Of a DNA stretch of 64,000 nt, positions 25,954 through 37,385 are shown piece by piece. Under the pieces are notes generated by a model. The model did no database searches and was not told the DNA's origin. It worked only from the letters and a program-made list of their open reading frames with translations. This DNA is from Amoeboaphelidium protococcarum X5 (Eukaryota; Fungi; Aphelidiomycota). The stretch covers positions 221,147 through 285,146 of the forward strand of contig JALDTO010000155.1 of assembly GCA_023515725.1 (NCBI GenBank). The letters run 5' to 3'. The first letter of the stretch is position 1; every line of letters begins with the position of its first letter. Position numbers and translations under genes: made by a program.

Positions 25954-28034
25954 ATGGACACTTAGAATGCTACTATTTAGAAGCTATAAAGCCTATTCTA
26001 TCCAACTTCAGAGGCTAATAATACCGTCCTGGAAGAATGTAAGATTTATTGGGTTGCAGTGCTATTTCTAATTAAATTGAATGCCGTTATTATAATAATG
26101 TAGTGGACCGTATATGCAAGCTGTATTAGTTGAAACCTGAGAATGTGCATAACAAATGGGAGTCTCTTGCGATGTAATAGATGACTAAAGAGAATTCTGA
26201 TAATAACTTATAAGAGCAGGAATTCACTGAGTAATCTTTGCTATTATTTAAAAGTTATTTGCGTTAATAGGTTGAGTGGTAGACCAAGATGTCGCAAGTC
26301 TCTGCCACTAATAGCTCATTACCGAATTCCGCGCAATATTCGACGCCGTTTCGCGTTCCAGTCGGATCTCAGAAGAAGAGTAAAAAGTTGAGTCTTGGTG
26401 GTGGTGGTGGTAATACTCTTGGAAATAGCTCCACTTAGAATAGAAGTACTGCAATTCCATAATTAAATGACATTCCATAGTTTGCTTCTCCATAAACGCC
26501 TATTGCGTCGTAATAAAACATCCACGCTTTTAATCACTAACTATCCTCTGTGACTTCATCCGCTTTCAAAGAGAGACAAAACTCTGGAAAGGTGGAGATT
26601 TGTTACAATGAGCAATTGGCTGTTCAATCTGACGTTGCAACTTAATCTCAAGGTGGTCCTCAGTTGGTGGAAGTGGCTGTCTATCCGGATTATGTTTTCA
26701 ACACCAAGTATCGCTACATGGCGGAAACTTGTGATAGTATAGTGGACTCATCTTGCGATAGATTGGCCGCCCTTGGTTAATAAGTTGCGCAAGATTTTGA
26801 TTTTGTGGACTCTATTGCCGATCCATTTCAAGCGTCTTAATTGGCTGTAAAAACTTATGGCAAGATTTGCTGTGACTCCACGGGGAAGATGAATGATTAG
26901 TCAATTATGTTGGAATGTTCCACTTAGTCGTCTGCTGACGCGGATAGCCGGGAGGTGAAACGCATCAGACTTAACGTGAATGGAGTTGAAGAGTATTCCG
27001 TCTTTCCAGGTAAAATTGTGGGAGTAGAAGGAACTAATAATTCAGGAAGAGATGTATTCACGTCGTCTGTGCTCATGAACCCAAGTCTGCCTGAGCCACC
27101 ATCTACTTCATGCTCAAAGTTGTTACAATATTCTCACGATAAGCGTTACATGAATGGTCAGCCAATTCATCTAGCTGTGGCACGTGGACCTTTTACTGTT
27201 GGTGGTAGCTTTGACTTTGAACCACTGGTGGCATTTCTACAGCAATGTCGACAAAATCGCTCGGCGAATGTAATAGTTTTAATAGGCCCGTTTGTTGATG
27301 AACAAGAAGCGTCTTTGTCTCAAAGTGACCTTACACCAATGGAGATTTTCAATCTCAAGGTGGCACCTATAATTGTAGACTATTTGTAAGACTAATCCAA
27401 TTGCAGAATAGTGCTCATTCCTTCGGTTGACGATGCTATTCATCCTCATGTCGCCTTACCACAACCACCATACGATAAATTGGCTCTATTCCCTAAAAAT
27501 CTGGTGGAAGATGTCAAGGTTCTGAACAGAATTTAATGCGTGTCTAATCCTTCAGTATTTGTTGTTAATGAAGTCTACGTGGCAGTGACGTCCACTGATA
27601 TTCTTATGGATTTGAGTCGTGAAGAAATCTCAAGGTTTCCAAGTAAGCCAGTGCATGCTGATCGTATCAGTAGATTAGTGGAAGATATGCTGAGGCAGAG
27701 ATCATTCTATCCTCTGGATCCACCCAATCAGTCGTTGTACGTATCAGACTAGCATCAATAAGCACTTGGACTCTCTGTACGCCCTGATATTCTTCTATTG
27801 CCATCCAAGTTGACAATGTTTGCAAAGAACGTCCATGATTCTCTAGTGGTTAATCCTGGTCATCTGTGCAGAGTTGGTGGAGTGGGAGGTTCATAAGTTG
27901 GCGGTACCTATGCTAGTCTTTTGATCAATCCGATGGGCAAGAATTAACTTTAAGAAGCAATTCAACATGATCCAGAGGCTGAGATGTATCACGGTGTGGC
28001 TGATAGAACTTGTGTGAAGATTATGAGAATTTGA
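25954..28034 (+). CDS. POL12: DNA polymerase alpha subunit B
   Basis: YSVFPGKIVGVEGTN, RGPFT, LIGPFVD, LPQPP, SNPSVF.VNE, QRSFYPL.PP, PDILLLPS, VNPG. One intron near 26039-26103. Confidence 0.92.
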
Positions 28035-28156
28035 TGAAAGAGGAGAGAACTACTTTGAGTGTAAATGTAAAAAATTCAACTTTATAGTAAAGTCAAAACA
28101 TATATCAGGTTTGTTTAAAAAAACACTAGATTGGCTCAATTATCCGATAGTGAAAA

Positions 28157-29728
28157 TCAGTCATTTTATACGCGAGTATCCACAATGCGAACATTCTCAT
28201 CGCCTGCACTATCATTAATGGAGATGTATTTTGTCTTACCGAGACCAGCAAGGATTTATAATATTCCCACAATAAGGACAATAACTGCAAATAAAAACAT
28301 ACACCAGAAGAATCCGAGCCATTCATACATGAATCCAGCAGCAATTGGACCGACAAGCATACCCACACTATATGCCATATTGAATAGAGCATACACCTAC
28401 GTATACGAAGTACCACCCCTAGCTGTGATATAATTACCAATCTCTGGCAAAAGAGGAGTGATAGCGAAAGCGCTAAACGATCCAAACACCATCAGAGTGA
28501 GCACCTGCAACCAGATTCCACTTCCCCATCGATCGATATCAGAATTATCGTAATTATCAGCTTTCGGTATAGCAATCAAAGGCATACTAATGGCAGTGAG
28601 TACCATAGAGTATCCAGAAACCAGCTTCTTACTATATCGATCAGATAGCCAGCCAGCAACCACAGCCAATATGATGTTGGGAACCACTATAGCCACCATC
28701 AGCAGTCCAATCATACTCTAATTCATCTTCACTCCAGAAGTCGGAGGAAATGCAATGGGTAGATAGAGAGGCAGAGTAGGCTCAACACCACTATACGCCG
28801 TAGACATTGCAATAGTGGCAGCGAATGCAAGTAAAAGTGATGGAGCACGTACCATCTCTATCATTGATATCTTGATCACCTGCGGAGAGGCAGCGGCCCC
28901 AACAGACGACGAACGAAACAGTGGATAATTTTTATTATTATCATCCGTATCACCACCATCAGTACTGACTGGGGATACTAATGTGGACTCAGCGACAACG
29001 GTACTCTACTTTTAAATCCTCTGCGGCTTAACCCAAAGCCGAAATACAAGATCGATGATAGCAAGTGCACCAGAGAACAAGAATGGAGATACTTTGCCCA
29101 CAAACTCGTATAGAAATCCACCCAAAGGAGGACCAGCAAGTTAACCAAACACCTGTGCAGACATACAAATACCCATGGCAGAGCCAAGCACTTCTGTAGA
29201 ATATACATCGGCAATCAGCGAAAGACCAACAGACCACGTCACAGCTCCACTAACACCCTGCGCAAACCGAGCAATAATCAATAGAGCCAGACCGAGACCG
29301 CTCTATGATGGATCAGTATCCACGAAACCGAATAGAATAGTAGATATTCCGAGACCTGCGAGACCGGCCAACATGGACCATCGGCGCGTCATATCATGGT
29401 ACGGAGTTCCCTCATAATGATCACACACCCAGCCGACAGCGGGTGCTGCAATAAGCAATCCAAGTCCATATACCCCAACCAAAAGTCCCAGATTAGTCTC
29501 TGCTAAATTCAAATCCTTCAAAATACTTGGCAAGACTGGAATAACAATACCATAGACTAGCATATCGGTGAAGAGAGCAAGCGAAACTACAAATGTTGTT
29601 GCAGCTGGCAATTATCGCCATTTTCGATTTTTGACGCTTAGCACGCTCCATAAAGTATTCGTGGATGACTATTGTTAAGAGTTTTACTCTTAATCGCCAC
29701 TATCCACCGCAGTATATCCGGCAAACAT
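28157..29728 (-). CDS. MFS transporter, vesicular-amine-transporter-like (523 aa)
   Basis: ALFTDMLVYGIVIPVLP, ARFAQG, GPPLGGFLY, EPTLPL, YALFNMAYSVG. Confidence 0.88.
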
Positions 29729-29953
29729 TTATTTATTTTATCGCTACATTTCAATAAACATTCATCAACAATTAATAAGCAGATATAATAGTTCAACAAT
29801 GAATTGACAGACAGTGTGATAATAAAACACGAAAGAGAAATCAATCGATTAGACAGCGATCGTTTCTTCTTTAACGTTTTCTCTCTTCAGGAGAGAGAGA
29901 GAGTGCGTGTGAAAGTTTTTTGTGAAACGAGTGCCTAATCGTATACTGTAATA

Positions 29954-30024
29954 TACCTACTTACAATGTAGGTACCTACCTAATATCTAAATATTTATCT
30001 ATATACTTAAAATATAGGTAGGTA
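29954..30024. repeat. Overlapping TACCTAC/GTAGGTA inverted repeats (double hairpin)
   Basis: TACCTAC 29954-29960 pairs with GTAGGTA 29968-29974. TACCTACCTA 29973-29982 pairs with TAGGTAGGTA 30015-30024 around an AT-rich spacer. Confidence 0.8.
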
Positions 30025-30038
30025 TCTATGTAGAATAG

Positions 30039-30093
30039 CAGGCTTATCGACAAACATTGAGATTCTCTCCTCAATGCACTTCACAACCTTGTC
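30039..30093 (-). pseudogene. 55-bp fragment of a prolyl 4-hydroxylase gene
   Basis: 51/55 identical to 60092-60146. Encodes DKVVKCIEERISMFVDKP. Confidence 0.85.
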
Positions 30094-30148
30094 AGTTCAA
30101 TGTAGAGTTGTGAAATAGCCTCGTCACACAAGAGATAATTTATTTTTA

Positions 30149-30511
30149 TCATCTACAATATTCATTATTCAAAAGCAACTTTTCTGATCCGCTTTCCGCT
30201 ACACGCAAAACAACCCCCTTGTTGATTAATCTGATCAAGATTTGTCTCCTGGAAAGAGATCCCTGATATCCCTCAGAAAGAAGAGAGGCTTCTCGTTTCA
30301 ACAATTGATAACCAGAAAGCACTAGATCATACCCAGAGTATCGATAAGTATTAAAAAGAATTCTTTTAAAATCAGAGTCCACGTTCAGCACGCCTTGACT
30401 GTTTAAAAAAGCAGCAACGTCTCTGCGTCTTAAAATACCAGCACGTTCGATAGGGCGCCTTAATGGCGGACCTTCCGGACCATACTTAACTTAACTCCTG
30501 GTGGCAACCAT
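30149..30511 (-). CDS. Small basic orphan protein (120 aa, MVATRSQ...)
   Basis: ATG 30511 to TGA 30149 under table 6. No recognisable family. Confidence 0.5.
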
Positions 30512-31139
30512 TACAACTATACCTCACTTAATGTAAAACTCGTTGAGTCTGAATGCAACATCACAGAGTATTGTGATGCAATGACAGGTCATCGCTGTGC
30601 AATACAGTCTCAACCCAGCTAGCCTCGGTCTCGGAAGCGAAAACGGTATCGTTGGGCACCCCTCTTTACATGAATCAAAAGAGACTACTACTATCGCTGT
30701 GCAATACTACATATTCTTTCATTCCCATACTATCCAAAATGCCAAAATAGGGAAATAAACATTAAGAAAAGACCAAGAGAAAGGATAAGGCTGAAAAGCA
30801 TATCCGCTAAAGTTCTCAAAGGTCGCAAGATTAAACATGCCGACAGGCATGTGCTGAAGGAGATGGTCAAGCGTCGCTTGCAATTTTCTAGTGACGACAT
30901 CAAGTTATATTACATGTACTTGGAGTTGCTAGAGAAAAAGACGTTGGCCATTGAAGAGAGTACAAAGAAGGGTGACAAATTTGGCGGGAAGCGATTAAAG
31001 AAAGTTTTTAATAGCACAAAGGACTTGAAAACTACGGTGTAAGAATTGCTACAGACGCAAAAGTGAAAGTGAATATACTGGCATGTTAAGCGATCGCTAA
31101 TATAAATTGTTTTCAACTTGTTTGCTTTCATTCTCATAC

Positions 31140-32727
31140 TCGATTTGTGAAGGATGTCTACATCCAATTAAAGTCTTCATTGCAACGCGTCTAACAGCCA
31201 CCAAATCGCGAAATTGAGACTTTTCAGCATTAGAATTCATGAAGTTGCATCCTGATACATCTCATTCGCCATTAGAACTTTGAAATTGAAAAGAACCGAT
31301 AATTACTCACAAATTGGACAAGAAGTAATGTCCTACCGTAAGAAGCAATGAAACCGGTGCAGCATTGGTTTCCTCTTTGAGTCGCTATGTATTCTCTCGC
31401 TTATTGCCAATTTACATTCTTCCTCTCACAGCGTTGAATTCCAAGCTCGGCATAGTCTTTTGTCTTGGTTAATCATTGGTGTCTTCTAATCAAGCTAGCC
31501 TTTAGACATACCTCTTAGGCCTTATTAAATATTCTCTTATAATGTTGCATTTTCGGTCAATTGGATTGCTTTATGACCGCATGGTTGAATTGTCTATAGC
31601 AACTCTGAAACCCAGTTGATGCTTTGCAGCTGTTATCTTGACGGATTCATATTGACACATGTCCATTTAAGGACTACAGTATTAGCATATGATAATTTGT
31701 AAGTTAGATTTAATTGACTCTAATCAAGGACTAACTTATCTGTATAGATATATTGATGAGAATTGTAACTGACAGTCAATACATCAAAAAGCTGGTAAGA
31801 TGCGCTGAGATGATGTTGTAAAAGAAGGAGTCCAGATAAGTCATTGCCATTTTGTTTTGTTGGATGGTTACCTGTTTGTTACCAACTTTGTAAATAACTT
31901 CGTTGATTTTGGGTTTGGAGCTCTGTTGTTGCATCTATTTCTTCCTAGAATTTGAAAAAGCATCTGCCTACGGTTCTATCTCTAGTAGTATCTTAAAGTT
32001 TGGGATTGTATAGCATATGTTGGTGCTGCCAGTGCAAGACTATAATCAAAGAAAACTTTGCTGCCGCATTATTGTACCGTACAATATTGCAATTTGTAAG
32101 ATGATGTTAACGATTCGCTAATCAACTCTGAATGTGGATATCCTTATGCGATCTAGCCCATTTATGTTAAACCATAAAGTCTCTTTGTATAATCTCACTA
32201 CAACAAAAGTGATCTGGCCTGCCGATTTCCTATTGCTGGCTCACAATTGTGAGTATCTTTTTCGGTGTTGCAGAATTCAAGTGAGAATTCTTGATTGCTC
32301 TCGTTGGGACATCTGATCGGGCGAAATTTCTCACAATATCCATCTAGATCGTTCATGGTGTTCAAACATATTACATGGTATTTGTAACTCTCTGATATGT
32401 TTGATATTTGTGTGTAGTTTATTTATTACATTAGGTATTCGTACTTGACTTGGTGAAGAGTATGAATCTGTAGTTTAGAGTTGGAACTGTGGGTGGTTTT
32501 CCCTCCTCGTAAAAGGATCTGCACACCTCAGTCTTGTAACGTGGATGTCGACGATTAATTGTCTAGTTTTTATCTCTTGTTCACTAGTTACATCAATGTC
32601 TGATTAGATGCATTGGGTTACATGCGATGTGCTCGGCGTTGTAGTCGTTCGAAGTAATGCATTTCGCGTCAGTTTGTAGGTATGATGGCCATAGAAGGCG
32701 TGAAAGAAGAATATTCATTAAGAACAT
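31140..32727 (-). pseudogene. Probable decayed Cys-rich secreted-protein gene
   Basis: Signal-like start MFLMNILLSRLLW. Cys-rich fragments (CADPF, GYCEKFRPIRCP, CERKN...CCTG) are split among frames by TGAs and frameshifts. Style resembles 51391-52774. Confidence 0.35.
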
Positions 32728-32766
32728 CAGTGAATGTGTTTAAGTGCAATATATAAGTCTAATGGT

Positions 32767-34901
32767 TCATTCATCTACTTTTGGAATATACTTGCTGGGA
32801 ATAAATGCTTATGGGATACTGCCAGCCTTATCAGTGATTATACTTCTTGTCAGAAAAAAGGTATTGGCTGCGCCCAGCTAATCTGCATCATACCGCCGAT
32901 TGCACTTTGGGCAGTCAGCAATGTTCTTTCTTCGTACTACCAATGAGATTATCTACTTGCGCAAACATTCGTAGCATAGACTAGAAGTACGCAGCTCAGG
33001 CACAATATACACCACAGCGTATTAGTTTAAGACTTTAACAAAGGACTTCAAGCTGAATCTATGATTAACTTCACCCTTCTTATAAAAGTCTCCAATATAA
33101 ACAGCGTAGAAATCTCTATCTTGAGATTTCAATGCACCAGTAATCCCAAGAAACTTTGATACCATTCCCAAAATTGCCTATCTCTTCAGCTCTTATTGGT
33201 CAAATTTCAACTAGAGCGCCTGATCGGACGAGTAGAATTCAATCTACTGGTCAAGAGATCTGCAGCAAGCTTGCATTTAAATCGCAAAAATACTAGAGTC
33301 TGGGAAGTAGTGGAATGCAAACTGCTAACAGCATTAATTAAATGACTGCTGTCGTTAAGCCAACTCTTTGCCGCCAATCATCTGCAAGTATTACTCTCCC
33401 CCCAAAGTATATCTATACGCCTAATCAAATTTAATTTGCTCCTTCGGCAAACACTACTGCTGGTCATTTGGCCTAAAAACTGCAATAAGCTAGTTTATAC
33501 CAGATCAGCGGACAACTTCACCTTGTGCTTAATAGTGCTTTTAGCGTCTTCAGTGGACATTATGAAATATCTAATTGCTTAGCAAGATTAGACTGATCTT
33601 CTTTTATTGCCTTCTTCAGTATCAGAGTCTTAATCTTCATCGTCACCAGCATCATTCTAATCTTCTACATCTTCAATCAAATCATCAATTTCGTCCAAGT
33701 TCCCATCATCATCATTGACTTCATCATCATCATCGACTTCCATGGACTCCGCTTCATCTTCCGAGCTGAAACCCTGATAGGCGGCAATATAATCATTCCC
33801 AATGGTGCTTTAATTACTACAACTAAGATTAGGCACAACACTGATGCATTTTGCAGAGATCAATTCGGAGGTGACATCTTTCTAAACCTCATATTTGAAC
33901 GACAGGTTTTTGAAGTTCGTAGAAAATGAAGTCAGTGTAGCATTATACTTAGTTGTTAGCGTTGGAATATGTAACAGCTTCTAAAACTGACTCTGCTACA
34001 GAAGGCAATCCAAACCACTTTTAGTAAATGTCACCATGTGCAACTTTTTGGCAGGGAACGAAAGCAACTTTGGATATCTCAAATGTACACACGCCAGTTG
34101 ACGAATGCATTTTAAGAAGAGCCTGAGATAGACAAACCAGCTGGACTTAAATTTTGATACACTAAGAGGATATTGTACTGTTCCCAACGTCGAATCAGCT
34201 TCTAACTAACCCTTAATGTCCATCACTTCCTCAAAATATTCCTAAAGTCCATCGTCCAACATAGCAATACTGTCAGCATTAAACTCACGAGTCTTTTTAA
34301 CTACTTTTTGAAGTTCATCAGAGCTTCCATCATTGCCAGCAAATTTCTCCAGCCTATTGAGACGTCTTGACGCAAGATTTACCAAATCATTGAGCCTGAA
34401 TACAGCGCCGAGTCCAGCAATCTTCAAATGATATGCCACAACTCTCTTCAACGTCTTCCAAAGATTACTAATAATGTGATTTTAACAAGCAACACCAAAC
34501 TGATCTGCTGCAGACGCGAAGAGATACTTAAAATCGCTCCCAGATGGGTATTCAACCTGCAAACTCTTGAATTAATTTTGGTCGAACACTGTAAGTAGGA
34601 GTTTAGAGACTTCATTAGAAACGTCCGATTCCTTTTAACGTTTATGACCGTATACGAAGAGATGAAATATATCGCGTATCACCTTTAAATCCAACATTGG
34701 TGAGGACCGACTTCTTTTCAGACCGCTATCACCACACAAGTACGATAAAGCTTAGAACTGAACGGTCATACAGCCAATCAGATTAATTCTATTATAGTCA
34801 ACAATGCATTTACTTATAACGTTCTATTCTTCATCAGTCCCTTTCCACGCTTTTTCAAATCCGCCTACATATGATATAGTTCGATAGTTACTTTGGCTCA
34901 T
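32767..34901 (-). CDS. Fanzor1-type (TnpB-derived) RNA-guided nuclease, ~711 aa, with a 1-nt frameshift at ~33502
   Basis: RuvC-I KLSAD[P]GINQLIAV (GAT CT GGT, one base short), VYIGD, RuvC-II VYIVPELRTSSLCYEC, CPKC, RuvC-III RYDADQLGAANTF. The 2135-nt span is 3n+2. Confidence 0.85.
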
Positions 34902-34959
34902 GTTTACTTTCTTTGAGATACAGTAAGACGTTAAGGAGTTGTGTTAATCGAAACCGAAA

Positions 34960-35925
34960 CAGTGGCAAAGGAGCGTGTTTCCTAAGACAATCAAGCGTTT
35001 GCCCGTCCCACTGACTCATGTGCAGTATAGTGTTGTACAAAGAAGGTCTCTAACCCAAACCCGAACCGATAGATTGGATCAGGAGATTTTTTCTTTCCTC
35101 GTAATGTTTGCTATTCACTCCTGGATCAACATCACTGCGCTCCGTGAAAAAGCAACGTCTCAGCCGTCTGTAACCATGTAATACGAAATTATTCTCTAGT
35201 CGATGTCTGTAATTACCTCTCAATGTATGTGTATGTAATCATTAAGCGTACTGTTCTCGCGCTAGATGAACTAAGTGCTCTTCAGGTAAGCCATCCATAT
35301 TATTTGTTTTCTGTGCGTCCTCTCTCGTTTGTGTAGATTAAAGTTGAGAATGATAGTAATCCTTTATGGAAGCTTCCGTATTGTTTAAAAGTTTGTATAT
35401 GTGCCATTGTTGGATGTGGGGCAGAAGTCAACTCATGATTGTTAAAGTGACTCTTGTGCACATGTATAGGAGCTACATTTTGCAGTCTATGAGCCTTCAC
35501 ACTCTGTCTGACCGACGCTCAAGGTTCACACGCTTGACATTAAGCTGCGTTTGCTACTTAATGTGCCTATTTTGAAATAGGGGACGGATCGGCGAAAGCT
35601 TTGAACTCTCTGATGCGTGCTTGAGTGCTAGGATTGAGTATGCCTCAAGGATACCACTCCTTTCGTTCGCTATAAGTGGTGACATGTGTCAATACGAGAC
35701 GCGATCCCGCCGACTGCCGTTCTCTTTCTCGCTTTAAAACGCGATAACGACGATTCTGCCCAGCAATGGGCGGTTGGTGTTGTTTATCGTGTTATATTGA
35801 ATATTTGTCGCGCGTATGATGCCAACACTCAGCTTGAATAATTGATGATCACCTATAAAACTTTAATCTTAGCTGACGCGCTTACTCTTATACACTCTCT
35901 TACTAACCACACCATAATGTAAAGT
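34960..35925 (+). ncRNA. Candidate structured long ncRNA (telomerase-RNA-like core); boundaries approximate
   Basis: CTAACCCAAACCC 35050-35062 followed by an H-type pseudoknot (35074-35155) with U-rich loop and A-rich strand, a multibranch domain 35580-35725, and TACTAAC at 35901. Confidence 0.4.
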
Positions 35926-36146
35926 GTATAATGGCCACATTTTTCAACATTTTTAGTAGTCGAAGTTCTAAGCCAGCGCTTTCCCGTATCGCCCAAAGAC
36001 TCGACAACATGTGCATTCCTTTCCTTCCTTCACGAGAGAGAAACGGCCGTTACAACTCGATTTACATTCTTTTGTTCTCCCTTTGGCCTTAATCATCATC
36101 TTAATATTCAATACGTAGCATTTATACAAACTTAAGTTTGACAGCC

Positions 36147-37121
36147 ATGTGTGACGCTTAGAGAATTGAAGTTAACAAGACTGGATTTGTAATTGACAAC
36201 ATCAAGAGGTATCTATATATCACTGTCGTTTATAGAATGTCAATTTTTATACTCGTTGAGGTATCGTGTAGAAATGCAATGTTAGCCAGTAAGGGAACTC
36301 ATCCACCCAAGGCGACTAAAACTGGTACAACTATTGTCGGTGTCATTTACAAGGACGGAGTTGTACTTGGAGCAGATACCAGAGCGACTGAGGGTAACAT
36401 TGTTGCGGACAAGAATTGTGAGAAGATTCACTACCTGGCACCGAACATGTACTGCTGTGGTGCTGGAACTGCTGCTGACACTGAGATGACCACCATGTTG
36501 ATCTCGGAGTAATTGTCTCTGCACCAGCTCGCCAGTGGTAGAGAGTGCAGAATCTCAACGGCGCTCACCATGTTGAAGTAGATGTTGTTCAAGTACCAGG
36601 GACATATTGGTGCTGCACTGGTTCTGGGAGGTATTGATGTCAGCGGTCCATAGCTGTACACCATCTATCCGCATGGTAGTACTGATAGATTGCCGTTTGT
36701 GACTATGGGATCTGGTTCTCTAGCTGCTATGGCCATCTTTGAGGCTGGTTGGAAGAAGGATATGTCCAAGTAGTAGGCGGTAGACTTGGTAGTGTAGGCC
36801 ATTGAGGCTGGTATATTCAATGATCTTGGCAGTGGATCCAATGTTGACGTGACGGTGTTGAGTAGAGAGCAGTTGACTCCACAGCAGATCTCGGCCCTTC
36901 CACCGAATACCCCCACCCTGGGTCCGGTGAAAGTTGAGTATCTGCGCAATCTCAAGCAGCCTAATGTGCGTGAGAAGAAGGAGAGGAGCTACAAGTTACC
37001 TGCCGGTACATCTGTTGTATTAAAGAGTGATTTCAGAGCGTATGTTGATGTTACTGAGGAGCGCTTTATTCCAGCCGCAGCATTGTAATCACAAGGCGGT
37101 GTTGCAATGGAAGTTGAATGA
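36147..37121 (+). CDS. PUP1: 20S proteasome subunit beta2 (PSMB7), 1 intron
   Basis: KTG/TTIVG propeptide cleavage site, [28 protein letters not shown]. Intron 36209-36271. Confidence 0.96.
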
Positions 37122-37385
37122 TTTCTTGTTAGTGACTGATAATACTCAATATGAATTGCCTGTATTATTCATATCTCGCTTTACTGATTTATCTTGTTAC
37201 ATGAACGTTCTCTATTATAAAATGCTCTTTTACGCGTTCACTTCGCTTATGATAGAGCTCTCGCTTAACTTCTCTTCATTCAACTCTAGCCCTTTCGCGC
37301 TTTACAATTGTCACAAGTTAACGATTTTTTATCTAATTAGAAGCGATATTAAATTGGCTGAATATTCGCTGTATCCTTTATAAAG

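Noticed and set aside
32640-32766. omegaRNA or right end immediately 3' of the Fanzor
   Set aside because: No convincing stems or terminal motif by eye; it cannot be defined without paralog alignment.
35041-35702. RNase P reading (GAAGGUCUC with CAAUACGAGAC as P4)
   Set aside because: Only 5-7 bp, about 650 nt apart, and the other conserved regions were not found; kept only as an alternative to the TER hypothesis.
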